Source: the human T2T-CHM13v2.0 reference genome, Homo sapiens. Taken from it: a stretch of DNA of 64,000 nt. Within the stretch, counting starts at the first letter, position 1. The number at the start of each line of letters is the position of its first letter. The notes under the pieces were generated by a model. The model was not told the origin of the DNA. It made no database searches and was given only the letters and a program-made list of their open reading frames with translations. The stretch lies in the NCBI RefSeq assembly GCF_009914755.1, contig NC_060935.1. One strand, 5' to 3'. Positions 53,714 to 64,000 of the stretch are shown one piece after another. The position numbers and the translations under genes are program-made.

Positions 53714-54412
53714 TGTCTAAGTTTGAATTCCCTGTAAAAAGAGACTGAGACTGAGACAATGATTTGCATGCAGGTAATTTACCCAGTAGCTATCTCAAGA
53801 AGAAAGAAGAAAAAAAGGAAGAAAGAAGAAAGAAGGAGGAGGAGGAGGAGAAAGAGGAGAAGGAGGAGGGAGGAGAGGAAGAGGAAGAGGAAGAGGAAGA
53901 AAGAAGAAAGAAGAAAGAAGGAGGAGGAAGGAGAGGAAGGAGAGGGGGAGGAGGGGGAGGAGGAGAAGAAATAAATAAGGAAAAGGAGGGGGAGATAGAG
54001 AAAAAAGAAAAGCTGTCAAATGTGTTTTACCGAGTCGATATCATCTGGGGCGCATGGGATTTAATTCCTCTGGAGATTCCTAGAGAAATAGTGTAGTATA
54101 AGCCTCACAAATTTTTTGTCTGCAAGAAAGAAGGTTGGACATTTATCTCCAAACTTCCATCCATCAAAAGTTGAGGGTTTTCCTATGGATATTAATTCTC
54201 CTGTTTTACCTATATCCTGGTGAAAGACCTCCCTGGTTTTTAAGAAAGCCCTGGCAGGGGAGGTGGGGGGCGGGGGGCGGGGGAAGGCAGAGAAACAAAA
54301 ATCTTATTCAGATATGCTGGTGTCATATCTGAGAATTTTCCATCAAACTTGATGCTGAATTCAGAGGTAAGCTGAAGGAAAGGTGATGCAAAGCAGCAAA
54401 AGTGCTGGCCAC
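53714..54412 (-). mobile_element. ERVL LTR (LTR33-like) containing an expanded purine tract
   Basis: 'tgtctaagtttgaattccctg...ctgagacaatgatttgcatgcaggtaattta' resembles the reverse end of LTR33-type elements. LTR-like sequence resumes after 54010. Confidence 0.45.
53797..54011. repeat. About 215-bp GAA/GAG polypurine tract
   Basis: Purine-only from 53797 to 53971, with only three T in the remainder. Confidence 0.95.
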
Positions 54413-54498
54413 ATTATCACTATGACTACTTAAAACTTTTTTTGATAAATATAGGAAGTATGGACAATTAAAGGCAGACTAGTGACATGATCTGATAT

Positions 54499-54852
54499 AT
54501 ATATATTTTGTTTTTGTTTGTCTGTTTGCTTATTATACTTTAAGTTCTAGGGTACATGTGCACAACGTGCAGGTTTGTTACATTTGTATACATGTGCCAT
54601 GTTGGTGGCTGCACCCATTAACTCATCATTTACATTAAGTATATCTCCTAATGCTATCCCTTCCCCCCCTTCCCCCGACCCCACGACAGGCCCCGGTGTG
54701 TGATGTTATTCACCCTGTGTCCAAGTGTTCTCGTTGTTCAATTCCCACCTATGAGTGAGAACATGTGGTGTTTGGTTTTCTGTCCTTGTGATAGTTTGCT
54801 CAGAATGATGGTTTCCAGCTTTATCCATGTCCCTACAAAGGACATGAACTCA
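54499..54852 (-). mobile_element. Very short 5'-truncated L1PA5/6-like element (mostly 3' UTR)
   Basis: 'tatactttaagttctagggtacatgtgcacaacgtgcagg...ccctacaaaggacatgaactca'. 15-bp TSD gaca(t/c)gatctgatat at 54484-54498 and 54853-54867. Confidence 0.93.
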
Positions 54853-54949
54853 GACACGATCTGATATTTAAAAATGATTGAACCTAGTTTGGATTAACTA
54901 TTATTTTGATTCATAACATAATCTTGCTTGGTTACCTGCATGACCTACT

Positions 54950-56330
54950 TTCATCTAGTTATTTAATGACTTCTTTGTAATAATATTATAAATAACCATA
55001 CATTAACCATCCAAAATAGGAGTTAAAATCTTGACAAAACTATGGACTCCACCACCAATTTATGTTCCACACTCTCAACCCCTATGCAGATACGCGCTAT
55101 CACGAATCCAGTGTTTTTAACTACTCCCTGTCCTCTGCCATCTCTATGAACTCCTAAAATGTATGCATACATTTAGATTCATTGTTTTTACCCATATAGA
55201 AGTTATATCATGATTGAAATACTTTGAAACTTGTATCTTAATTTATTACCAGATTTTTAAAAGACATCCTTGTCACTATAGATCATTTTTTTCTGATAGC
55301 TATATAATATTTCATTGTGTGAATATAACATCCATTATCCTTTCGAGGGTCACTTGAGTACTTAAAGCATTTTACTATTGTGCACAGTTCTGCAACATAC
55401 ATCCTTATATTCCTATTTCCTGTTAATTATGTGCAGGAGTTCCTCCTGAGCCTATACCTAACAGTGAAACTGCTGAGTTACAAGATACATGATATTTAAT
55501 TTTAAGAGGTAATGCCAAACTATTTTCCAATATGGTTGCACCAGTTTATACTTCTCACAGCAATGTTTGAGAAATCCTGTAGGTCCACATTTTCTCCGAC
55601 TCTTAAGTTACCTGTAGATTAATTTAAATAGTCTCATCAATGCTTTCTGATCTTACTTCTAATCTGTTTTTATCTGAAGTTTTAAACTATCTCCACCTAT
55701 GTTTTCTGTAAGTGTTAAAAATGTATTATGTGATATTGAAGTTATTTGTTCTTCTGGTGTTTATCTTTTCAAATAGTTGATGAATTAGATCTAATTTTGT
55801 CTTCTTCTATACTTATTATCACTTTTGCCAGTTTCATTTATTGAACAATACTTTCTACACTGCTTTTTCATGCTACCTGTCTTTTATACAAAAATTTCAT
55901 GGCAAGAGGCTTTGATTCTAGGCCTTCTGTTTCTTGTCCACTTTTTTCTATCCTTCTGCTAACACCATATTATGTTTAGATAATTTCATAATAAATACTG
56001 ATATCTGTTATGTCGTGTTCTCCCTCCTTGCTTTTCTTCCTCAGAAATGTCCTAGGTAGTCTTGATCTTAATTATCCTTATAAATTTTAGTACCATCAAG
56101 TTTCATTTAAAAAACCCAATTGAGATTTTGATTAGATTTTATCTATAAATCAATTTGGGAAAAGCCAACATCTTTATCATATTGTCTTCCATTCAATGAA
56201 CATGGCATGTCTCTCCATGTATTTCAGTCTCTTGTAATATCTCTTAAGGAAAGTTTATATGTTTTTCTGTAGAAATTTTAAACAACTTTTGTTAAATTGA
56301 TCTCTATATACTTCATATTTAAAGAATATG
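54950..56330 (-). mobile_element. Old L1ME-type 3' end and ORF2 remnant
   Basis: 'tgccaaactattttccaatatggttgcaccagtttatacttctcacagcaatg', 'atctataaatcaatttggga', 'tcaatgaacatggcatgtctctcc'. Confidence 0.75.
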
Positions 56331-57464
56331 TTGATATATGTTTGTATTTAAAGAATATGTTGATATATATTTGTATTACATGTACATTTTATTCTGTACC
56401 AATATTAACATATTCTTTTCTTTTCCTTTGACTCTCTATATGTTTTAAGACAATGTTACCTTTTACTCAGGTATTTGATCACTTTTACTTCATATGTCTT
56501 TTCATAAATATACTAAGTTGATCTTCTTTTTAAGAATTTAATTCCAAAATATTTCTAATGTAGATGTTTGTCCAAAAAAATTCTGAGACCTTGTATGCCT
56601 AAAATATTTTATGCCCTCATATTGTTAGTTCAAATTTTCTTACATTCAGTGGCTTGTGTGGGTAAAGAGGCTATTCTATTATATTCAAACATAAAAATTT
56701 GGCTTACAAATTCAAAATAATAATATGTCTATTATAATCAGCTCAGAGGAATAAGCTTTGGGGTATAGAGACCCCCAAATCAGAAAACCACAATTAATCA
56801 CTCTCCACCTCATAAAACATTTTCTTAGGTCAAATCTTTACTCTTTGCCCTGTAGAAAAAAATATCATTAGGAGAAGGTGCTATTTAAATTATAATTCTT
56901 CAGTCTTAAGAATTTGGAAAGGGGGAGTTAGAGAATAAATTATTACCAGGTCAGTTATTTGCCAGCAGTTTTTTCCCAGCTCCTCACAAGCACAGGGCTC
57001 TGAGCTACCCTGATTTTTCTCTTGGGAACACATGGACAAGAGACCTGTGTAAGCAGGTGTAGATGTAGACATAGTTTATTATAAAGGAAAATGGAGGGAA
57101 GGGATGGTAGAGAGAAACAAATGCAGAATGCCTACATTTCCCCTCCCCTAGCCTAATTGGACTGTTTCCTGTTCCAAGACAGTGGCATCACTCTCTCCAT
57201 CAACCTGCATTGCCACTGCCTCTCCCTCCATCCACCTTTCTCCATCATAGAAACATACCAATTCACAATAGCATTTGTCTATGTAATTCCTGGTTGCTTT
57301 TTCTTTCTAAAAGGTTTTTTCAATTTTCTGTCTCTTGCTTTTCTTTCTAGAGTTGATATGGTTCAGAATCCTGATTGTACCTGGAGTCCAGTTATCTGAT
57401 TTTATATCTTAAATGCTGACCTTGGCTCCTGTGTGGACAATTTATTGTGGTCTGGCAGCTGAAA

Positions 57465-58440
57465 GAAAATGGCAGCTTGAGCCAGGGTGGTAATAGTGGA
57501 GATCAAGAAGCAGGTGTTATGCATTTTGAAGTTATTGCATTACTCTACGGAAGTCAAAATGGGAACTATGAAAAACACTAAGCCAAGTAGTATAATGTGT
57601 TAACCAGTTCTAGGTTAGATATTTTTTCAATAGGATGACAGAGAAGGCACCTCTGAGAAGAACAGAAGTAAATTCCAAGAAGAAGGAAGTAAATAGCAAG
57701 AAAAAGTACCTAGAGAAAGAGCTTAAGTTTATCTCGATTAAGGTGGTCATTATGAAATTGTAGAAAAATGTAGATTCAGGATATACTTGGGAGATGTCAC
57801 CAACATGAATCACTGGTGGATTTAAACTGAAAAAAAATGGAAAGCAAAGAATTTTAGATGACTCTAGGTTCTAAGTGAGACTTATCTGAAATGTTTGTGT
57901 TCAATGTATTTACTCGTTTACTATTTATTTTTTCATTAGTATTTAATTATTTATTCATTTTTTAGAGGAATAAAAACTCTTTAAGAAGAAGTCTTTGTTA
58001 TGACTTTTACTATTCTACTCTCAGCACCTAGAAGAGTGCTTGGAATACAGAAAGAGCTTAACTGCATTTGTTGAGTGAATAAATGATGCAACCACCCCCT
58101 GCAATTCTTCCCAGATAACACAAATAAGACTATTTCTGCCCTCATGGCACATTTTCTATTTATTTATCTAACATCACATTTGCCAAGTTATATTGATATC
58201 ATCTATTGCTGTAAGTATATTCCTTAGTAGATTGTAAAATTATTGATGACAGGGTCAAGTATTTTTTATTTCCCTAGCACCTAATCATTTGTTAATTTGT
58301 TGGATAAATATTTCTTGGGGACCTATTATGTGTCAAGCACTTCTCATGTCAAAGGAATGCAGCAGTGAAGAACCCCAATGATAACTGCCTTGGAGCAAAC
58401 TGCATTTTCACACGGGGAAGAGAAACCCATATAAGTAGGA
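57465..58440. mobile_element. Cluster of L2 fragments in both orientations
   Basis: Antisense 'gcttgagccagggtggtaatagtggagat'; sense 3' end 'cagcacctagaagagtgcttgg...tttgttgagtgaataaatga'; antisense 'ggcacctattatgtgtcaagcac'. Confidence 0.6.
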
Positions 58441-60729
58441 AACGTTAAGAGCTACATTTAGGATATGGGTCTCAACTCATCCAATGTCACTTAGAGGGCA
58501 CTAAGTACAGTTTATCAAGCTGCTTAGACTTGAAACAATGGAGGAAATGAGCAATTGGCAAATGCTATGGAGGATATTAAATGAATCTTTCACTAACATT
58601 GATAATGGTTATCAATTGACCAGTTAAAGAAGGAAATGAGATAGTCAAGGACTAAGAGTAAGATTTCCTAAGAACCAAAGTAATATAAAAGATAAAGAAA
58701 AAGTTTTGCCAAGATATATAATAGAAGGTGACCCTTGAGTGGACTTACCAAAGGTCAAAGTATAAAAAGGTGAGGAAAGTAACCTCTCATTAAAGCAGGG
58801 ACTTGACCATTACAGTTAGATAAAAGTGTAAGTAAAACAATAAAGTCTAGACAGGAGACAAGATTGGATGCCCAGAATCCTGGGGAGACAACTCTAGAAA
58901 AGAGAGAAGATAAATACATTAGACATAAAGGAAACTAGAACAAAATATATGAGAAGCGAGGAGCAATGTTAGTAGGTAATAAAAATCTGTCACTTTGAGA
59001 ATTCTGGTGGGGACCCAAATGAAAAATAAATTTGGCTTTGGTGACTTTTCTAAGGGTGATATATTGAAACTATTGCCAGAAGACAAAGAGAAAGCAAGCA
59101 AAATACAGTTAATTGGCATAAAACAGCATAGCAAATTTTTAGTCCATCATTGATTTTTCACAGGACTCTGATAACCACAATCTTATTAATTCACAAGTTC
59201 TGTCACCAAAATCCAATGACTACTATTGTTACTATGCATTGGAAAGAAATTACTGTCTGTTAATAATTATTTTTCAGTACAGTATTTTCTAAAAATGTTT
59301 ATTTATTGCTGATTACTATCATATTATCTGCCTAATTCCAAAAGTAAATAATGGTTTTCTGTTAAAAATAATTTACAGTGCAACCAAATAATTTTAAAAA
59401 GCACAAATACAAGAAATTATAGAAAGTAATAAAAAATCATTAGATCACAAGTCCTAGACTAGGAGAAGCTATTGAAAATTGGAATTGGGTAGATGGGGAA
59501 GCTTAGTAGCAACTAAAACTTATTCTAAGAAGAAAAATTACAGAGTCAAACTTAACCTTGAACATGTCTTAAAAATATTCCTGGATGACCAGAACCCGGA
59601 TTCTATAAGGTCAAAATTTAATATTTATTTTTCTCTTCCCTAGCTCTCATTTTTTTAAACACCTTAGCTGAAAAACTTTTCCTGTACTCCATCTTGGCCG
59701 CTATTCACATTAATATTATCCAAACTCCAAAAGCTACTTATCAGCTATCCCCTTTCCAGCCACTTTCCCTAATGCTCCCACCACTCATACCCTAACTTCC
59801 TACCTTAACCGATTACATTCTACAATCCCTTCTGTAATCATTATAGTAGAATAAATACTTATTCTATCCACTTATTTCCAACTGTTATATCTATGTGTGT
59901 ATGTGTAGAGTTTGCCTGGGGATATAGAATTGGGACGTATGTACAGTATTAATGTTGCCACTATGACCATAGCATGTAAACTGACCACGTGCCTATTTAA
60001 TTAAGTCCTGCTGTTAATTCCTAGGATTTTCCATAGTTAACTTTATTTTCTCCTTTGACTTCTGACCATTCAAATTATTTTTCTTTTCTAATAACTAGAT
60101 TACCTTAGATCTCTCAGACATTTTATTTTTTCTTTCCCCAGACAAATCATTTGCATAGTTGATGGTTTAAATAAATTTCACCTGACCGCCGCAAAAGGAG
60201 AGGCAAGGTAGGAGTGTAGTGTCAGAAGCACTTAAAATTAAGAAAATAAGTAGGACAATGCACAGAAACAAGAAGTCTATGATGTATTGAGGAGAGCATT
60301 GGCACAGTGAACTTAAGGAATCTACTCCTTTACACAGAGATCTACATTCTCTGATTGTATGAAGAGCTTAGCACTAAGCCACACATATTCTTCTTGTCCC
60401 ATAAAACGGGACAGTTCTGTCGAAGTAACTGATCATTATTATTGGAAATAAGCATCCATTTTACTCAATACGAGAAAAGCAATTAAAATATTTGCTAACC
60501 CAACATTGCATCCTATCAGAAGACAAAAATGCTTGCCTTAAATATTAAGGATATTTTATATTCTTAATATTTAAGGAAATGAGCATCAGAAAAAAAAAGA
60601 AACATAAAGGGAATGAGTTGCAGGGTAAAGTGAGTAATACGAATTGTTATTGAGGATTGTGCAACTATCATTCACCTTCAGTGCTACTTAGTTCTTTTCA
60701 AATCAAATAATAAACTGGCAAAATCAAAG

Positions 60730-60731
60730 TT

Positions 60732-60767
<36 letters not shown>

Positions 60768-61067
60768 TTTTTATTTATTTTATTTTATTTTTTGACACGG
60801 AGTCTCGCCCAGGCTGGAGTGTGGTGGCGCGATCTTGGCTCACTACAAGCTCCACCTCCCAGGTTCATGCCATTCTCTTGCCTCAGCCTCCTGAGTAGCT
60901 GGGACTACAGGTGCCCGCCACCCCACCCAGCAAATTTTTTGTATTTTTTAGTAGAGACGGGGTTTCACTGTGTAAGCCAGGATGGTCTCGATCTTCTGAC
61001 CTCCTGATACTCCCTCCTTGGCCTCCCAAAGTGCCAGGATTACAGGCGTGAGCCACCGCGCTTGGCT
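60730..61067 (-). mobile_element. AluY with (TTTA)n tail
   Basis: 'caagctccacctcccaggttcatgccattc' and 'gccaggatggtctcgatc'. (TTTA)n tract at about 60731-60790. Confidence 0.93.
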
Positions 61068-61362
61068 ATTTATTTATTTTTGAGACGGAGTCTCATTCTG
61101 TCGCCCAGATTGGAGTACAGTGGCGTGATCTGGATCACTGCAGCCTCCACCTCCCGGGTTCAAGCCATTCTTCTGCCTCAGCCTCACCAGCAGGTGGGAC
61201 TACAAGCGCGCAACACCATGCCCGGCTAATTTTTTTGTATTTTTAGTAGAGACGGGGTTTCATTATATTGGCCAGGCTGGTCTCAAACTCCTGACCTCAT
61301 GATCCGCCTGCCACGGACTCCAAAAGTGCTGGGATTACAGGCATGAGCTGCCGTGCCCAGCC
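61068..61362 (-). mobile_element. AluS (Sc/Sg-like), in tandem with the preceding Alu
   Basis: 'ggccaggctggtctcaaactcctgacctcatgatccgcc'. Confidence 0.93.
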
Positions 61363-62039
61363 AATTATTTTTTTCTGCTGGTTTTAACTTCAGCTAAAAA
61401 TTGAGCATTTATTTACTTATTATACTCAATCACTGGAGTCTCTGAAATACCAAAGCTACCATGGAGGAATAAAAACATAATCTAAGGAGTTATGAGTATT
61501 TTGTCCCTTTGCCCTCTTTCTGCTGTTGATTTTAGAATCTACAAAACTGAAATTGACATACAAATCAATTATATTTGAAGCATTCTCTACTAGTGTTACT
61601 CAGAAAAAAACTGTATCTTCTTCAGTAAATTACTTAAATGTTATTCACCAGGAAAGTAAAACAATTCATTTTTCCCATAAAATTACTCTTGATAAAGACT
61701 AAACAGTAAAGCATACGCAGTTCGTATTCCTAAATAAAATATACAATGTTTTTGAATTTTTATTCTCAAAGTTGCATACTTGGTATTATCTTGCCAATGC
61801 CTCTATCAGTGAGACAATTTATATCTACCAGTTTTCACCTGTAATTCAGAAATCCCTCCTACTCTATATCATGGAGACTGCTCTTTTATAGAATATATTC
61901 TTTGGATTATCTGATTTCCTAGGTGACCTGTTGATATGTCTACCTCCAACAGCTACATATTTTCATTGATTATATGTTTAAACCATATGTTCTCATTTTC
62001 ATTCAGGTATCTTTCTTTTAAAAATAAATCCTGGAGAGT

Positions 62040-64000
62040 GGAGAGGAGGTATAGCAAAATGGCAGAATAGAAGACTCCACTGATCATACCCCAACAAGGA
62101 CACCAATTTAACATCTATCTACACAGAAAAAACACCTTCATAAGAACCAAAAACCAGGAGAGCACTCATAGTACCTGATTTTAACTTCATATTGCTGAAA
62201 GAGGCATTGAAAACATAGTAAAAATAGTCCTGAATCACCAACACCAAACCACTCTTTCCCAACTCCCTGGCAGCAGCAACCAGGGAGGTGCAGAGAACAT
62301 CTTAGGGCCCTGGGGGAGGGAGAGCACAGCAATTGTAAGGCATTAAACTCAATGCTGTCCTATTAGAAGAGAAAGAAAAAACAGATCAAACTCAGCTAAC
62401 TCCTACCTGCAGAGGGAGCATTTAAAACAGCCTTAGCAAGAGGGGAATCATACCACAAACCTCACCACAGAGGGCTAAATTGCTCTGGGTCTCTAAGTAA
62501 TAAATTGTAAGGCAGTCTAGGTCATAAGGACTGCAACTCTTAGGTGAGTCCTCTTGCTAAACTAGGACAAGAGACAGTGGACTGTGCGGGGCATGCAACC
62601 TCCTGAAACACCAGCTGGGTTGGCGAAGGGAATGCTGGAAACACACCTTCGAACCCCAGGTGGCCCAGCTCAGGGCTTCAGAATAGACCCTTTGCTTTCA
62701 CTTGAGGAGTGGAGCAGGAAAAGTGGGGAGGACTTTGTCTTGCATTTTAGATACCAACTCAGCCACAGCAGGATGGGGCACCAGTCAGATTTGGGAGGCA
62801 CCTCTTTTAAGAGCTAGTCCTGGATGACATTTCTAGACATATCCTGGGCCAGAAAAGAAACCACTGACTTGAAGGAAAGGACCTAGTCCTAACAGCATGT
62901 ACTGCCTGTTAACTGAAGAGCCCTTGTGCTCTGAATAACCAGCAGCAATACCAGGTGCTATGTTGAGGGCATTGGGTGAGCCTCTGAGACTTAGATAAAT
63001 ATCTAAGAACAAGAAGGTTACAAAACACCATTCAGATTTAACCCAAGGAAAACTACCTCATGGCATATAATAATCAAATTCTCAAACATAACAGATAATA
63101 GAAAGAATCCTAAGAGAAACAAGAGAAAGAAAACAAATAACATACAACAGAGCTCCAATATGTCTGGCAGCAGACTTTTCAGGGGAAAGCTTACAGGTCA
63201 GGAGAGAATGGCATGACATTTTTAAAGTGCTGAAGAAAAAAGAAAAAAAAAACCTTTACCCTAGAATAATAAATCTGGTGAAAACATCCTTCAAACATGA
63301 AGGAGAAATAAGAACTTTCACAGACAAACAAAAGCTGAGGGATTTCATTAATACCAGACTTTTCCTACAAGAAATGCTAAAGACAGTACTTCAATCAGAA
63401 ATAAAAAGACATTAATGAGTAATACATAATCTCCTGAAGGTATAAAACTCATTGGTAATAGTAAGTACACAGAAAATCATAGAATATGATAACAGTGTAA
63501 TTTTGGTGTATAAACTACTTTTATCCTAAGTAGAATGACTGTATGATAAACCAATCAAAAACAATAACTACAACAACTTTTCAATACACAATAGTACAAT
63601 AAGATATAAACAGAAACAACAAAAAGTTAAAAAGTAGGGGAACAAAATTAAGGGGTAATTTTTCATTAGCTTTCTTTTTGCTTGTCCATTTATGCAATGT
63701 TAGGTTGTTATTACACTAAAATAATGGCTTCCATAATAGTGTTTGCAAGCCTCATAGTAATCTCAAACCAAAAAACCTACAACAGATATACAAAAAGTAA
63801 AAAGCAAGTAGGTAAATTATATCACCAGAGAAAATCACCTTCACTAAAGAAAGACAGGAAAGAAACAAAGAAGGAAAATAAGGCTGCAAAACAACCAGAA
63901 TAAGTGGCAAAATGGCAAGAGTAAGTCCTTACTTATCAATAATAACATTAAATGTAAATGGACTAAACTCTCCAATCAAAAGACATAGAATGGCTGAATA
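62040..64000 (+). mobile_element. 5' part of an L1MA-type (L1M1-like) LINE-1, running off the window
   Basis: 5' end 'gcaaaatggcagaatagaagactccac'. ORF1 C-terminus 63227-63415 (SFKHEGEIRTFTDKQKLRDFINTR). About 500-bp inter-ORF spacer. ORF2 start 'atggcaagagtaagtccttac' at 63912. Confidence 0.88.

Noticed and set aside
53759-54096. Highly charged poly-E/K/R ORFs
   Set aside because: They are artefacts of the GAA/GAG tract, which lacks stop codons.

Overview
This is AT-rich, repeat-dense catarrhine primate DNA, most likely human or great ape, judging by AluY, young L1PA, LTR2C, LTR10F, THE1 and MER85 elements. It looks intergenic or deep-intronic. I find no supportable protein-coding gene, RNA gene, CpG island or CRISPR array. 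The recognisable ORFs in the track are decayed L1 ORF1/ORF2 pieces, THE1-internal ORF pieces, Alu antisense frames or low-complexity frames; the rest are short ORFs with no recognisable product. The main contents are: a near full-length L1PA16-like element (+, 9.7-15.5 kb); a full-length L1PB1-like element (-, 18.0-25.5 kb) that splits a MER5B and carries two Alus and an LTR10F; a solo LTR2C; Tigger13a; a MER85 with its palindrome intact; a 5'-inverted (twin-primed) L1PA; a two-LTR THE1 element; and the 5' end of an L1MA-type element at the right edge. I did not find a convincing previously undescribed biological system. The best leads are repeat-borne regulatory modules (LTR10F AP-1 array, (GGAA)13, MER85 palindrome), structure-prone DNA (AT-rich palindromes, a polypurine tract, a G4 motif) and a few repeat-free islands. 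Subfamily names come from recalled consensus sequences, not from a database search. Boundaries of old repeats are approximate.
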